This document shows, piece by piece, positions 36,412 through 47,972 of a stretch of 64,000 nt of DNA (position 1 is the stretch's first letter; each line of letters begins with the position of its first letter). The stretch spans positions 248,001-312,000 of IMG/VR virus record IMGVR_UViG_3300023179_000009; one strand, given 5' to 3'. The position numbers and the translations under genes were made by a program. The notes under the pieces were generated by a model. The model had not been told where the DNA came from and did no database searches. It saw only the letters and a program-made list of their open reading frames with translations.

Positions 36412-38517
36412 ATGACCACCACAACCGATAATCCTATTTTTCGCACTATTCGTAATCGTTTTTCTAAAAATTGCTCTGTTTGTAGTATTATTGTTGAAGC
36501 AAATCAAGGTTATGCTTGCGAACACAAAACTGGTTGGGCTACTTATTGTGAGGCTCATGTCCCGGTGAAAATTGAGCCGGAACGTGCCGAAATTACCAAG
36601 GAAGGTCACGTTTATTTTCCTTACCACCCCGATGCTGTTTCGCTCGTTAAAAGTCTCTATTATTCATCATTTAATCGTGAAGGAAAGTTTTGGCGAGTTT
36701 CTATTGAACCCGAGCATATCAATCGTGTAATTCAAGTTGGTCGGCAGTTAGGGCTAAAAATTGCAGATGAGTTGCTTGAACTTGCCAGTGATGTAAAGCA
36801 GGAAGCCGAAGAAAAAGTAGAAACTAATTTTGATACGGTTGGCTTGTTTCCTTTTCAAGTTACCGGCGCTTCGTTTTTGGCAAACAGGTCTCGTTGCTTG
36901 CTTGGTGACGAGATGGGTACTGGCAAAACTGTACAAACTCTTGCGGCATTGCCCAAGGAGTTTGGCACTCTTGTTGTCTGTCCTGCCAGTTTAAAGTTCA
37001 ATTGGCGTGATGAAGCCGCCAAGTGGAGACCGGATCTATCTCCTGTTGTTTTGAATGGTCGTAAAAGTTTTCGTTTGCCTGAAGCGGGTGAAATTGTAAT
37101 TGTAAATTATGATATTCTTCCTCAAGACTTAAATGAAATTCAAAAGAAAAATTTTGTTCTTGTTTGCGACGAAGTTCATCTTTGTAAGAACTACAAAGCA
37201 AAGCGATCACGTGCTGTTAAAATTTTGTCTAATATAGCAAAAAAGACAATCGGACTCACCGGAACTCCGTTGATGAATCGTCCTTTTGATCTTTATGGTG
37301 TATTGTCTTCGCTTCATCTTGAAAATGAAGTCTTTGGTAATTGGGCAGGATTTCTTCGTGCTTTTAATGGATATAAAAATGAATGGGGTGGTTATACATT
37401 CGGTGCTGTTTCGCCGTTAGTACCCGAGTTGCTTCGCAGAGTTATGCTGCGTCGTCGCCGTGAAGAAGTTCTGCCCGATTTGCCTAAAAAATCATACTCC
37501 ACCATTACAGTCGATAGTGTTTCTAGGAGCCTTCAACGACAACTTGATGAAATTTATAATGAAGTTGAATTGTTGCTTGAAATGAAGGAACTTCCTCCTT
37601 TTGAAATGTTCGCTGAAATTCGTGCCGCTTTGGCGGAAAGCAGAGTGGAAGCGATGTTAGAGATGGTAGAAAACCATGAAGAAGAAGAAATTCCTCTCGT
37701 TGTTTTCTCTGCTCATAGGTTGCCTATTGATACTCTTGCGGAGCGTGAGGGTTGGGCAACGATTACTGGTTCTACAAAACCAGAAGATCGACAAGATATT
37801 GTTCGTAAGTTCCAATCTGGAGAACTCAAGGGAATTGGTTTAACAATTTCTGCCGGTGGAGTTGGCTTGACTTTAACCAGAGCATGGAAGGCTTTGTTTG
37901 TTGATTTAGATTGGACTCCAGCATTGAATGCTCAAGCAGAGGATCGCATTTGCCGAATCGGCCAGACCAAGCCGTGTGAAATTGTTCGCATGGTGTCTGA
38001 TCATGTTCTAGATCGTCACATTCATGCTTTGATTGCGGAAAAAATTGAATTGTTTAACAATGCTATCGACAAAGATATTGGCAATGTTTCTTTGAACATT
38101 AATCAAGGTGAGACTGATGAGCAATATAACGCTCGCATGGCCGCTTTGCAGGCTGCTGTTGATGCACGTGAGGCCGAAATGGCAGCAAAGCACGAACAAG
38201 AGCAAAAAATTATTGCAAAGAAAAAAGTCGATATGATTGTTGATCGTGAAATGAATCGTGTGACTAACGGTGGTAAGAAAAAGTTCAAGATGCCTGAGTT
38301 CACACCTGTTTTGGTTTGTTCGATTCACGACAATTTGGCGAAAATGTTGGGTGTTTGTGACGGTGCCAGAGAGCGTGACAATGTAGGTTTTAACAAACCG
38401 GATGCTATGCTTTCCCGTTGGCTTTACGCCGCTGGTCTTGAAGAACCTGAGACACTCCAGGCGGCATATCTGATGTTGCTGCGGTATCCTCGGCAGGTTC
38501 GGCTCAAACTCAAGTGA
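36412..38517 (+). CDS. SNF2-family (SF2) helicase
   Basis: LFPFQ..G, GDEMGTGKT, VCPA, DEVH, LTGTP..N, GVGLTLT, QAEDRICRIGQ. Confidence 0.9.
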   Translation: MTTTTDNPIFRTIRNRFSKNCSVCSIIVEANQGYACEHKTGWATYCEAHVPVKIEPERAEITKEGHVYFPYHPDAVSLVKSLYYSSFNREGKFWRVSIEPEHINRVIQVGRQLGLKIADELLELASDVKQEAEEKVETNFDTVGLFPFQVTGASFLANRSRCLLGDEMGTGKTVQTLAALPKEFGTLVVCPASLKFNWRDEAAKWRPDLSPVVLNGRKSFRLPEAGEIVIVNYDILPQDLNEIQKKNFVLVCDEVHLCKNYKAKRSRAVKILSNIAKKTIGLTGTPLMNRPFDLYGVLSSLHLENEVFGNWAGFLRAFNGYKNEWGGYTFGAVSPLVPELLRRVMLRRRREEVLPDLPKKSYSTITVDSVSRSLQRQLDEIYNEVELLLEMKELPPFEMFAEIRAALAESRVEAMLEMVENHEEEEIPLVVFSAHRLPIDTLAEREGWATITGSTKPEDRQDIVRKFQSGELKGIGLTISAGGVGLTLTRAWKALFVDLDWTPALNAQAEDRICRIGQTKPCEIVRMVSDHVLDRHIHALIAEKIELFNNAIDKDIGNVSLNINQGETDEQYNARMAALQAAVDAREAEMAAKHEQEQKIIAKKKVDMIVDREMNRVTNGGKKKFKMPEFTPVLVCSIHDNLAKMLGVCDGARERDNVGFNKPDAMLSRWLYAAGLEEPETLQAAYLMLLRYPRQVRLKLK

Positions 38518-38544
38518 TACCAACTAGGGTTCAAGGAGGATGTT

Positions 38545-39138
38545 ATGAAAATTACAGAGGAGACTGTGGAAAAAATCAACATTGATAAAGATTTTATTGA
38601 TGTTGATTTCAAACTTTCAATTGGACCCAAAGAAGGTTGGATCAAAATTGAAGGCGATATCAACGAATGTGATTATGGCTGTATTGGCAAATTAGAGTTA
38701 GTGCAATTTAATTTTTTTAAAGTTAATTATGCTTGGATTGATTTAATTGATGAAGTTAACGATGATACCCTAGCTACGCTAAAGCCAATTATAGATGCAA
38801 AAAATTGCGATTACTCAGGTGAGTTCTTGGACATTTTAGATGGAGAATATCCAAGTTCCGTTATTGAAATTCAAAGGTTATTTATTGATTTGGAATTTAG
38901 AGGTAATAACTTGTTGGGCGGAATTTTAAGAATTATTCAAACTCTAAACGACTCTCCAATAGTTCTAACTCCATGTCCTTTGCAACACGCAAACGGTGAA
39001 GATAATTTAAGGGTAATGGGAAGAAATAAAAAAGCCAAAAGATCCGATTTTAAAAACGATTTTCAAAAACTATGCAAACATTATGAGAAGCATGGTTTTA
39101 AGAGAATTAAAAAGTCTAAAACTTGGGTTTTGCCTTAA
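38545..39138 (+). CDS. hypothetical protein, possible GNAT-like fold
   Basis: LFID.EFRGN and L.KHY..HGF patterns. Confidence 0.45.
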   Translation: MKITEETVEKINIDKDFIDVDFKLSIGPKEGWIKIEGDINECDYGCIGKLELVQFNFFKVNYAWIDLIDEVNDDTLATLKPIIDAKNCDYSGEFLDILDGEYPSSVIEIQRLFIDLEFRGNNLLGGILRIIQTLNDSPIVLTPCPLQHANGEDNLRVMGRNKKAKRSDFKNDFQKLCKHYEKHGFKRIKKSKTWVLP

Positions 39139-39159
39139 AATTGCAATTGAAAGAACATA

Positions 39160-40071
39160 ATGAAACTAGGTCTCTGCTGTATATCCTTGAACCTTCAAGA
39201 GCGTGATCCGCCTTTGAAGTTCCAGAAAATGACTTTTAAACGTTTTAGTTCTCTTCCAAGAGAAGAGGCTTTAGAAATTTTGGGCAGTCGTATTCTAAAC
39301 AACATGATTGTTACCAATGAAACAATTAAATATTGCTCAGAGAATAATTTGTGCTATCGAATGAGTTCAGATTTGTTTCCTTTAATTACTTATGATGCCG
39401 CAGAAGTTGAACTTACCGATTTGCCAAATCACGATGATATTCAAGATGCTTTTGATTCTATTGAAAATACAATTAAAGAAACCAGCGTAAGAATATCTGC
39501 GCATCCCTCAGAATTTAATGTTCTTGCAAGCAAAAACGAAACCGCCGTTAAAAAAACAATTGATGAACTTAACTTTTATTCATCTTTTATGGACAGAATT
39601 GGTTGCCCACCTAACCATGAAAGTCCGATGAATTTGCACATCAACAACAAAGATGGAAGTTATGAAGATGTTATCGCTAGGTTTATGGATAGTTTTTCTA
39701 AACTAGATACAAATTGTCAAAATAGACTTACTGTAGAACAAGACGATAAGACATCAGGGTGGAGTGCAAAAGAATTAGTCGAAGAGTTTTATTCACGTAC
39801 TAAAATTCCCATCACTTATGATTATTTACACGATAAGTGTAATCCTTCCTATGATAGCGAAGAACTTGCTATTCGTGCTTGTTATGATACTTGGGAAGAT
39901 TGCATCCCTCTTTTTCATTATAGTGAATCGGCTCCCGGCAATAATCCTAGAAAACACGCAGACTATGCTACTCAGGTATTCGACACTTATGGCTTAGATT
40001 TTTGTTTAGATTTTGAACTTAAAGAAAAATGTCGAGCAATCAGCAATTACAAGAAAGTTTATTTGGTTTAA
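39160..40071 (+). CDS. uvsE: UV DNA damage endonuclease UvsE/UvdE
   Basis: LGLCC, YRMSSDLFP, SAHP..F.VL.S, N.H, RLTVE.DD, DYLH, PLFHYS, HAD, ELK.K. Confidence 0.9.
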   Translation: MKLGLCCISLNLQERDPPLKFQKMTFKRFSSLPREEALEILGSRILNNMIVTNETIKYCSENNLCYRMSSDLFPLITYDAAEVELTDLPNHDDIQDAFDSIENTIKETSVRISAHPSEFNVLASKNETAVKKTIDELNFYSSFMDRIGCPPNHESPMNLHINNKDGSYEDVIARFMDSFSKLDTNCQNRLTVEQDDKTSGWSAKELVEEFYSRTKIPITYDYLHDKCNPSYDSEELAIRACYDTWEDCIPLFHYSESAPGNNPRKHADYATQVFDTYGLDFCLDFELKEKCRAISNYKKVYLV

Positions 40072-40417
40072 AATATGAATACCCTTGATGGTGTTTACAT
40101 TTTGTTGCAAAAAGGCGTGCCTCTCCTTTGGAAACAAAAAGGACAAGATGGAGAAGAGGTTGCTGGTTTAGTGATTGCATTAAACCACTACGATGCAAAG
40201 AGGCTGAGTCAGCAATGGTCTGAAAAATATCAAATGAAGATTAGTCCGTACCTTGTCGGATCAGCCACAGAAAATTTTAATTTAAGCGTTACAGAATTTT
40301 ATGCTCACATTAAAGGCGAAGAACTTGATGTTGTTTTCGTTTTGCATTACGAAGAGGATCGTCCAAAGTTTTGGTTTGTACCTCCAGATCAACTCACTGA
40401 ATTTTTAAAGGGACAAA

Positions 40418-40882
40418 ATGGATAAAGAAAACTTTGAAGAAGCAACAAAAAAATGCTTAGAGGAAGGTTTAATTAAAGTCCACTTTACTTTAAAAGATCA
40501 AAGCGGCCCAGTGGGAGAAAGTGTTTGGGCCACACCAATTGGTAAAAAATACGCAAAAATAAACAATATACCTTTCTTTGTAGATAATGTTAGCATCAAC
40601 GACATTGTTGAAATTAAAACCAACTCAGACAGTTACATCAAAGAATTTGTAAATTTAGTGAGTCGTGGAAGTCGAAAAAGTTTGGCATCATATCACATAG
40701 GTGAAAATCATGAAGAAACCGTAAGTAATTTTACGGATTTACGTGATTATATTGTCGCTCAAAATTGTATGATTGAAGGAGCGTCTCCGGGTTTTTGTGT
40801 TGTTGCTTTTCCTGTAGAGACAACAAAAGCAAAAGCAAAAAAGATTTTATCGAAAGCACCCCATATTAAGGATTTTAGTTGA
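40418..40882 (+). CDS. DUF4265-like protein
   Basis: ESVWA...NIPFF...S..DIV pattern; family recalled, not searched. Confidence 0.5.
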   Translation: MDKENFEEATKKCLEEGLIKVHFTLKDQSGPVGESVWATPIGKKYAKINNIPFFVDNVSINDIVEIKTNSDSYIKEFVNLVSRGSRKSLASYHIGENHEETVSNFTDLRDYIVAQNCMIEGASPGFCVVAFPVETTKAKAKKILSKAPHIKDFS

Positions 40883-41509
40883 AATGATTAAAGTAAGATT
40901 TAATTTGGGTAAAGGTAAAAATTACAAAAAATGGCAAGTAAAACGAGGAACAAAAGTAGAATATTTTGATCCCGATGTTTGTCAATTGAAAATGTTTGAT
41001 TGCAAACTGAGGAATCAACCGAAAACAGCAACAAAAATTTTTCAAGGAAGAAATAAAACAGTTTGTGCTTGGATTGATTGTTCAACCATCGAAATTAGCA
41101 AAACAACAGAGGAAGTTGAAAATAATTCTAGAATTCACTATAATCCTAAAGTAGCCCCTTTTTGGCAAAATGAGCAAGGTTTAAATGTTGATAATGCTCA
41201 TTTTGATTTTTTAATTAGTAGGGGTCGAGTTATTTTTGTTAAGGATTCTTATGAAAATTACATATCGAACACTTGCGCAATTAATTGAAAGACTTAGCGA
41301 AGAACAAAAAGACAAAGAAGTTAGTGTTGATATTTGGGATGGTGCCTCTCTAGAAACTTACGGTGCAGAGTTTCGTATAGTCAATGACAAACATGACTTT
41401 TTAGAACACAACCATCCCGTTTTATGTGTTAATCAAGTTGATGATTTGGGCAAATTAATTAACGATGTAGATTGGATATCACGATCTATAGGGATAGTAA
41501 AGGAGTAAA

Positions 41510-42198
41510 ATGAATATTTCAAATTTAGATATTGAAAATTTATATTATCATCTTGCTCACAATTTCAATTTTAGATGCGATCATAGAGTTGTTCAAGAGT
41601 TTGATTGGATTGTAAATAATTTAGAACCACATGGTACACCAATTTATTTTGATACACTACTAAATAAAATACAATTGCAACAAGCTGGTCAAAGTCCAAG
41701 TTTTGAACAACCTTCTAAGAGCCAATTAGTGGCAGGGTTGAAAAAACTTCTTAAGCACGATCTTGTTGAAATTAATGGCGAGATAAAACATATAAAACAC
41801 GTACCAAAAAAAATTCCAAAACACACAGAGGAAAAAATAAATAAAACAAATTTATTTGCAAAGAAAACAAAGAAAGCAACTTCGAGAAAAAGTGCTATCA
41901 AAAAAGGAGTTAAAAGAAAACAATGAGTGAAATAGAGAAAGGTTGTTATTCGCTACATCCAGAGTTTAATCCAGCACACCGCACTGTGAAAATTTACAAT
42001 TGGATAGTTAATCAAATCAAGGAAGAATCCCATCCTGTTTGTTTTCAAACAATCTTTTCTAAAATTCAACATGACTTTACAAGCAACATAAAAAACATAA
42101 ACAACATAAACAAGGACGAACCTCCTTCAAAAGAGCAAACTATAGAGGGCTTAAAAAGTTTGCTGGCCGAGCGATTGATCGTATCTAATACTAACTAG
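41510..42198 (+). other. tandem pair of paralogous small proteins (41510..41926 and 41923..42198)
   Basis: Shared WIVN...P..F.T...KIQ...PSK.Q...GLK.LL...L pattern. Confidence 0.55.
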
Positions 42199-42380
42199 AC
42201 AACCGCAGGGCGTTTAAATGTCTTTTACTTGGGGTGAAGTTAGCAAGTGGGCAAAAGACCACGGCTACAAAATTAGCCGCAAAGAACAAAAGTTTTATTG
42301 GACAAACACCACCACAGAAGATTCTGGAGAGTGTTATTCGTTAGAAGATTTAACCAAATCAGTCTTTAACAAAATAACAA

Positions 42381-42926
42381 ATGATAAGTGGGTTGATCAC
42401 CAAAAAAACTATGAAAAAAAGCAAAAATAATTGTGGTCCTATTTTAAGTTTTGTTGAAATTGCTCAAAAGCAAGGTTGGAAATATATACCTTGTGTCGTT
42501 GTTGCGGATGATGGCAGAAGAAAAGTTAACCCCGAAGCCGTTCATTTAAATAACGGAACATACGCAACAATTGTTAGCCCCGATGGTCTTGTGCAATTTG
42601 CTTTAGACCACACAATTGTTTACTACCATAATGGGAATGTATGGAGGGGTGACCCCACCGATATTAGAAATGATTTAATTATTATTGCAGCAGTAGTTGT
42701 TGATAAAAATTTTCGAAGAAAAGGTTATGGTACGAAAGCCATAAAAAACTTTCTTGAAATTGCCAATGTTCTAAACATGAAGGTTATGTTGGAAGCCTGT
42801 CCGATACATCAATTTTCTCTCAAATCAAAAAACATTACCCAAAAAAAGTTGATACAATGGTACAAAAAACTAGGATTTGTTTCGGCCTATCCAAATCAAG
42901 GCGATCAAATACTTTGTTATCCGTAG
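42381..42926 (+). CDS. GNAT-family acetyltransferase
   Basis: VDKNFRRKGYGT (motif A), LIQWYKKLGF (motif B). Confidence 0.8.
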   Translation: MISGLITKKTMKKSKNNCGPILSFVEIAQKQGWKYIPCVVVADDGRRKVNPEAVHLNNGTYATIVSPDGLVQFALDHTIVYYHNGNVWRGDPTDIRNDLIIIAAVVVDKNFRRKGYGTKAIKNFLEIANVLNMKVMLEACPIHQFSLKSKNITQKKLIQWYKKLGFVSAYPNQGDQILCYP

Positions 42927-44506
42927 CCCTTATCAGATACCAACTAGAAAATCCTTCCTCTATATCTCGGAGAAAAAAATGAATTACGATATCCTTTACG
43001 TTGCCGATGGTGAAATTTTTAAGGTCGGTCCCTTTTTATCTGAGGCCGAGGCTTTGGAATACATTCGCAACAACAATGGCGAATCTGGTGAGTTTGATAT
43101 AGATAATCAACACATCTATATTATTGACTCACAACTTAGAATGAATGAAATTTTTTCAAGCGACATTGAGGATTGAAATGAGTAAAAAAACTATTAAGAG
43201 ACTTCACGAAGTTCAATCGGGAGAAGTTTTTGAATATGTTCATCCTCTTGTACCGGGCACAGGAGGAAAGTACGTTCGTGTTTTTGGCACAAAGTACAAT
43301 GTACTCTGTTTGAATAGTTTTCAAATTGGCATGAGTGACTTAAACGAAGAGGTCAGGGTAATAGGCAAAATTAATTACAATCTTTTTGAAGAAAGGGTTA
43401 ATTCAAGATTCGATGAATTGTTTGCTGCCGCCGTTGCTGGTTTGGTAGAATTTTACGAAGAACTTGAAGATGCGAGTATTGTTTTAGAAATCAAACAAAG
43501 AATTGAAGATATTGATACGGGGAATGATCAAAAAGATTATGTGTCTATTAAAAATTTAGTTGAGAATCAAGTTCAAAATTGGATTGTTGACAAGCGATTT
43601 ATTTGAAATTTACAAGAAAACCAATATGAAAAAGTATCAAGTAACTTTAGTTAGACGGGTGGGAAAAGTAGTAAGCACTTTTACTATGGATGTATCGGCA
43701 AGTAACCGCAGAAGTGCCGCTTTGGGGGCCGAGAGTTCGGCAAACAAATTTGACCCAGGCGATGATCAAAAAAAATTGACAGGCAGAGGTTGGAAAACTC
43801 AAAAGGTGGTGTCTTCAAGTGATACCAACTATGAATCGCAAGGAGAAAAGCATGACGATTAAAATGGTTGTTGCAGCAAGCGGCTTTGACGGACCAGATC
43901 TTTATTTTTGCAAAGTCGAATGCACCGAAGAACAATACGAGAATGGCGATCATTACGATTGCGCAAAAGAGGCTGCGGCAGAATCTGGTTACGAAGAGCC
44001 AATGGTGGCATTTGATGAAAATGATTCTCCTAAGCCTTTGTTTGATTTGTTTGCTTGGGACTCCGCATCGACTTTCAAGGTTTGATTGTGTCTGTTGGTT
44101 ATCCCGATGTTTTGCCGTGGTTTGATAACGAATCAGACTTGTACGATGAGTTACCAACCGAAGATGTTGCTTATGATGAATGAAAGGTTTTTATGATTCG
44201 TGCCGAAGTTCATAGTGATGATTATGTTCGTCAAGTTAAATTTGACGCTACTAAATGGTTTGAATCCGCCTCTGATCAAGAAATAATTAATTTGATTAAT
44301 TGTGACTTTGGCGGCGATTACCCTGCTGATCGTGTTGCCGAAAATCTTTCCGTGTTTAATCAGGAACTAAGCGATTTTTTCTCTTATTTTGATGATAAGC
44401 CGGTGATGCTAAACGGAGATATTGTTGGTTTTGAGTGCCATGTTAACCAAAGCGATGCCGAGAATTGGATTAAAAACAATCGTTCAAATTTGAAAGAATT
44501 TTTGAA

Positions 44507-45811
44507 ATGAAAACACATCATTTTGATTATGTAGAAAAAATGGTTCGTGATCTTCGTGCTACAAGTGGCACGTTAGAGAAAGAAAGCATCATTGGCGAGT
44601 ATTGCAATCGCAACACTGCGGCTGCTGTTTTTGCTAAAAATATTTTGCTATATGTTTACCATCCAATGTGGCAATATAATGTAACAAGTGATAATTTAAA
44701 GAAGAAACATCAACTTTCAGGTAGAGACTTTGGTGACATTTTCTTTTTGCTAAACGCACTGAAAGATCGTCAAGTTACAGGTCATGATGCTATTGGTGCC
44801 GTGAATACTTTTGTGAACAATCACGCAGAGTATAAGGAACTCATTCATTGCATCATTGACAAAGATCTTAAAACTCGGGCAGGCGACAAAATAATTAACA
44901 AGGCCATCCCAGATTGGATTCCGGAATTTAGTGTTGCTTTGGCCGAAAAATACGAGCCTGATTTGGTTGATTGGGAAGAAGGTTGGTATGTTAGCCGCAA
45001 ACTGGACGGTTGTAGATGTATTGCTATTATTGACGATCACAGTAACGCTATTTTCTATTCCCGTGCGGGAAAAACATTTGATACTCTTGATCGTGTTGCT
45101 AGTGGCATTAAGAGTCTTGGCATTAAGAATGTAGTATTTGATGGAGAGTTGTGTCTTATTGACAAGAATGGCAACGAAGACTTTCAAGGCGTGATGAAAG
45201 AACTTCGTAAGAAAAATCACATTATTGCTAATCCTTCATATAAAATTTTTGATATGATTAGTCATGAAGAATTTTATTCGAAAAAAGGCGACTCTCAAAA
45301 GTCTTATTCGCATCGGTACAAAAACTTGAGAACTATTATTCAAAACAATACTTATTTAAGTGTGTTGGAACAAGAAAAAATTAAAAGTGATGATCATTTT
45401 ATAGAGTGGGCAACAAGATCGAGTCAAAATCAATGGGAAGGCTTGATACTTCGTGCTGACACACCTTATAAGGGCAAGAGAAGTAAAGATCTTTTAAAAT
45501 ATAAAAGTTTTTGTGATGATGAGTATGTTGTTTTAGATGTTGAAAACGGTCCTTTCCGTTATGTGAAAAATGGAAAGGAGGTCGAAGAAAAAATGTTAAG
45601 TTGTGTCGTGATTGAACACAAAGGCCACAAAGTTCGGGTAGGAAGCGGTTTTACGATTGAACAACGTCAAGAATTTTTTAAACACCCCGATAGGTTGATA
45701 AACAAGCAAATCACTGTACAATATTTCTCGGAAAGCGAAAATCAACAAGGCGGATTGAGTCTTCGTTTTCCAACTTTCAAATATTTACACGGTGAAAAAC
45801 GGGAACTGTAA
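44507..45811 (+). CDS. ATP-dependent DNA ligase
   Basis: SRKLDGCR (motif I), FDGE, IFD, EGLILR, LLKYK, VGSGF, LRFP. Confidence 0.93.
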   Translation: MKTHHFDYVEKMVRDLRATSGTLEKESIIGEYCNRNTAAAVFAKNILLYVYHPMWQYNVTSDNLKKKHQLSGRDFGDIFFLLNALKDRQVTGHDAIGAVNTFVNNHAEYKELIHCIIDKDLKTRAGDKIINKAIPDWIPEFSVALAEKYEPDLVDWEEGWYVSRKLDGCRCIAIIDDHSNAIFYSRAGKTFDTLDRVASGIKSLGIKNVVFDGELCLIDKNGNEDFQGVMKELRKKNHIIANPSYKIFDMISHEEFYSKKGDSQKSYSHRYKNLRTIIQNNTYLSVLEQEKIKSDDHFIEWATRSSQNQWEGLILRADTPYKGKRSKDLLKYKSFCDDEYVVLDVENGPFRYVKNGKEVEEKMLSCVVIEHKGHKVRVGSGFTIEQRQEFFKHPDRLINKQITVQYFSESENQQGGLSLRFPTFKYLHGEKREL

Positions 45812-46424
45812 ATGCAGGATTACTGGAATGATCTTGAGTCAAGAGCGGCAATAAATTTGATTTGTGCTTTAGATGCTGAGATAGTAGCCAAGCAACAAAC
45901 TCTTTTGATGTGCTGCGACAAAGATTTTCCAGAAATTTTTAGGCAAAAAATTTGGGATTCGATTAACAATCTTTCTTTGGAAACTGGCTCAGGTCGCATA
46001 CAACAGAATGTTGATTTCTACAAAAAAACAAAGAGAAGTTTGTTGTTAGATTCTCTTAAAACAATTTGGCAAGAGATTGCAAGCAAAAATTATCCAACAC
46101 GATTTGGTATGCTACTAGCAGATCCTGCTAGTAATTTATCTGCTAGAGATTCGTACAACAAAGAGATGGAAGAATTTGATCTTAAAGAACGTGGCGAAAC
46201 CAAGTAGTTGATACCAACTAGTGGGAAAGTTATGATTTTTTTATTTTTGTTTTTCATTGTAATTATTGCGTTTGCAAATCAAATTGCCCAATATTACCGG
46301 TATAATCTGTTTCTCTACAGAAAAGAAATAGAACAACGAGAACACGCAGAATTCCAACTACAAATGCAACGTGAACGTGCCATTCAACAATTAAACCGAA
46401 TTCGAAAATATTACGAGAACTAAT

Positions 46425-47066
46425 ATGATCAGAGTTGCTAAATTTTTGTTGAGCAAAAAGCAGCAATATCATATTGCTGTAAGTATGGGCACGGATAGTG
46501 TTGCTGCTTTGTTTTGGTTAAAGTCTAAAGGTTATTCTATTATTCCTTTGCATTTTAATCATAACTTGCGGGCGCAAAACGGCACAATGCACGAAAGATT
46601 TCTTGAACTTTGCAAAGACTTGAATCTTGAGTGTAAAAGTGATATTGGTATCGGTTTGAAAACCGAGAACGAATGCCGACAGGCAAGATTAGATTTTTAT
46701 TCAAGAGTAGCCAAAGGCGGAACTATTGTAACGGCTCATCATCTTAATGATTGGGTTGAAAGTTATTTGTTAAACTGTCTGCGTGGTCACCCAAATCATC
46801 AGCCGATAAGTTTTCAGAGCGAATTTACTGATTTTAAAATTATTCATCCTTTTTTGTTAACTAGAAAGCAAGATTTTAAACAATATCTTGAGCGGAATGG
46901 ATGGATGAAGTATGTTGTTGAAGATTCTTCAAATACTGTTGTGAAAGGCAGTAGGAGAAACTGGATTAGAAACACAATTATTCCACAAATGCAAACGCAA
47001 AAATTGTCTTTAGAAAAATTTGCAAAAAAGAAAATCGAAAAGATGATTGTTAAGATCGGGGATTGA
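46425..47066 (+). CDS. tilS: tRNA(Ile)-lysidine synthetase-like protein (catalytic domain only)
   Basis: AVSMGTDS PP-loop variant, HFNHNLR, E...R..R, TAHHLND..E..L....RG, HPFL, EDSSN, RNWIR. Confidence 0.85.
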   Translation: MIRVAKFLLSKKQQYHIAVSMGTDSVAALFWLKSKGYSIIPLHFNHNLRAQNGTMHERFLELCKDLNLECKSDIGIGLKTENECRQARLDFYSRVAKGGTIVTAHHLNDWVESYLLNCLRGHPNHQPISFQSEFTDFKIIHPFLLTRKQDFKQYLERNGWMKYVVEDSSNTVVKGSRRNWIRNTIIPQMQTQKLSLEKFAKKKIEKMIVKIGD

Positions 47067-47129
47067 CTTTTCTTTTTTTTTACGTAGAATAGCACTGGTG
47101 TTCGTTTACTTTTTTAAGAAAGAAATAAG

Positions 47130-47306
47130 ATGGACGAGAAAATGGTTGGCAAGGTTTGTTTTTATCTTGGCTTTGTTTCGATTGCCGCAAGCATCGCTAT
47201 TTGGTTTTTGAGCAAAGAACCTGACGCTGCTCACGGTGAACGATTTGGTATCTTTGTTGGGCTTTGGGCTCCAACATTTTTTGCTTTAGCAAATCGTTGG
47301 AAGTGA
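47130..47306 (+). CDS. small two-TM membrane protein (58 aa, below ORF-track cutoff)
   Basis: MDEKMVGKVCFYLGFVSIAASIAIWFLSKEPDAAHGERFGIFVGLWAPTFFALANRWK; upstream TTGACT-16-TAGAAT (47063-47090). Confidence 0.6.
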   Translation: MDEKMVGKVCFYLGFVSIAASIAIWFLSKEPDAAHGERFGIFVGLWAPTFFALANRWK

Positions 47307-47350
47307 AAATAGAATAAAAAGTAAGGAAACAAGAAAGCAAAGACAAAATT

Positions 47351-47425
47351 CCGAGAGTAGCTCAATTGGTCAGAAGCGCCGCTCTCATAAAGCGGATGTT
47401 GTGGGTTCAAGTCCCACCTCTCGGA
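47351..47425 (+). tRNA. tRNA with CAT anticodon (Met or Ile2)
   Basis: Acceptor CCGAGAG/CTCTCGG, anticodon arm CCGCT-CTCATAA-AGCGG, T arm GTGGG-TTCAAGT-CCCAC; CCA not encoded. Confidence 0.9.
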
Positions 47426-47426
47426 T

Positions 47427-47972
47427 TCAACTATCAAGTCTAATAGCCCAATGTTCTTCTCTATGGCAATTTGCACATAGCAGATCGCATTTATCTAATT
47501 CTTTTTTTATTCTATCGCTTAATTTACGACAGCCATATTTTTTGCACAAAGAAAAATCTTTTTCTTTTGGATTTCTATGGTGAAAATCTAAAGCGGCTTG
47601 ACATTTAGCGTATCCGCATCTTTGGCATTTTCCGCCTTTATACTGAATACAATCTAATTTGAGTTTTCTACCCCTTTCTACAGTTTGATCTTTTACGCAT
47701 TTTTTGCAGTGACCAGAATAATTATCTCCTCTTCTTTCATAAAATTCAATGAATTTTTTGTATGTATTACAGTGAGGGCAGTATCGTGTTTCTCCTATGA
47801 TCTTTATTCTGTTGCTGTAGTCATGTCCGTCCTTAAAACTTTTAAAATTAGGTTTCAATCCATACTTCTTCATCCAATAGCGAATTGAACTAAAGCACTT
47901 GTGGCTCTCAGCAGATATTTGTCTAATTGTCAGGTTCCTATCAAGATAATCTTTTAATTCTTCATATTTCAT
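47427..47972 (-). CDS. HNH endonuclease with N-terminal HTH and Zn finger
   Basis: KGGKCQRCGY...ALDFHH..P..K...ELDKCDLLCANCHREEH. Confidence 0.85.
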   Translation of the reverse strand: MKYEELKDYLDRNLTIRQISAESHKCFSSIRYWMKKYGLKPNFKSFKDGHDYSNRIKIIGETRYCPHCNTYKKFIEFYERRGDNYSGHCKKCVKDQTVERGRKLKLDCIQYKGGKCQRCGYAKCQAALDFHHRNPKEKDFSLCKKYGCRKLSDRIKKELDKCDLLCANCHREEHWAIRLDS

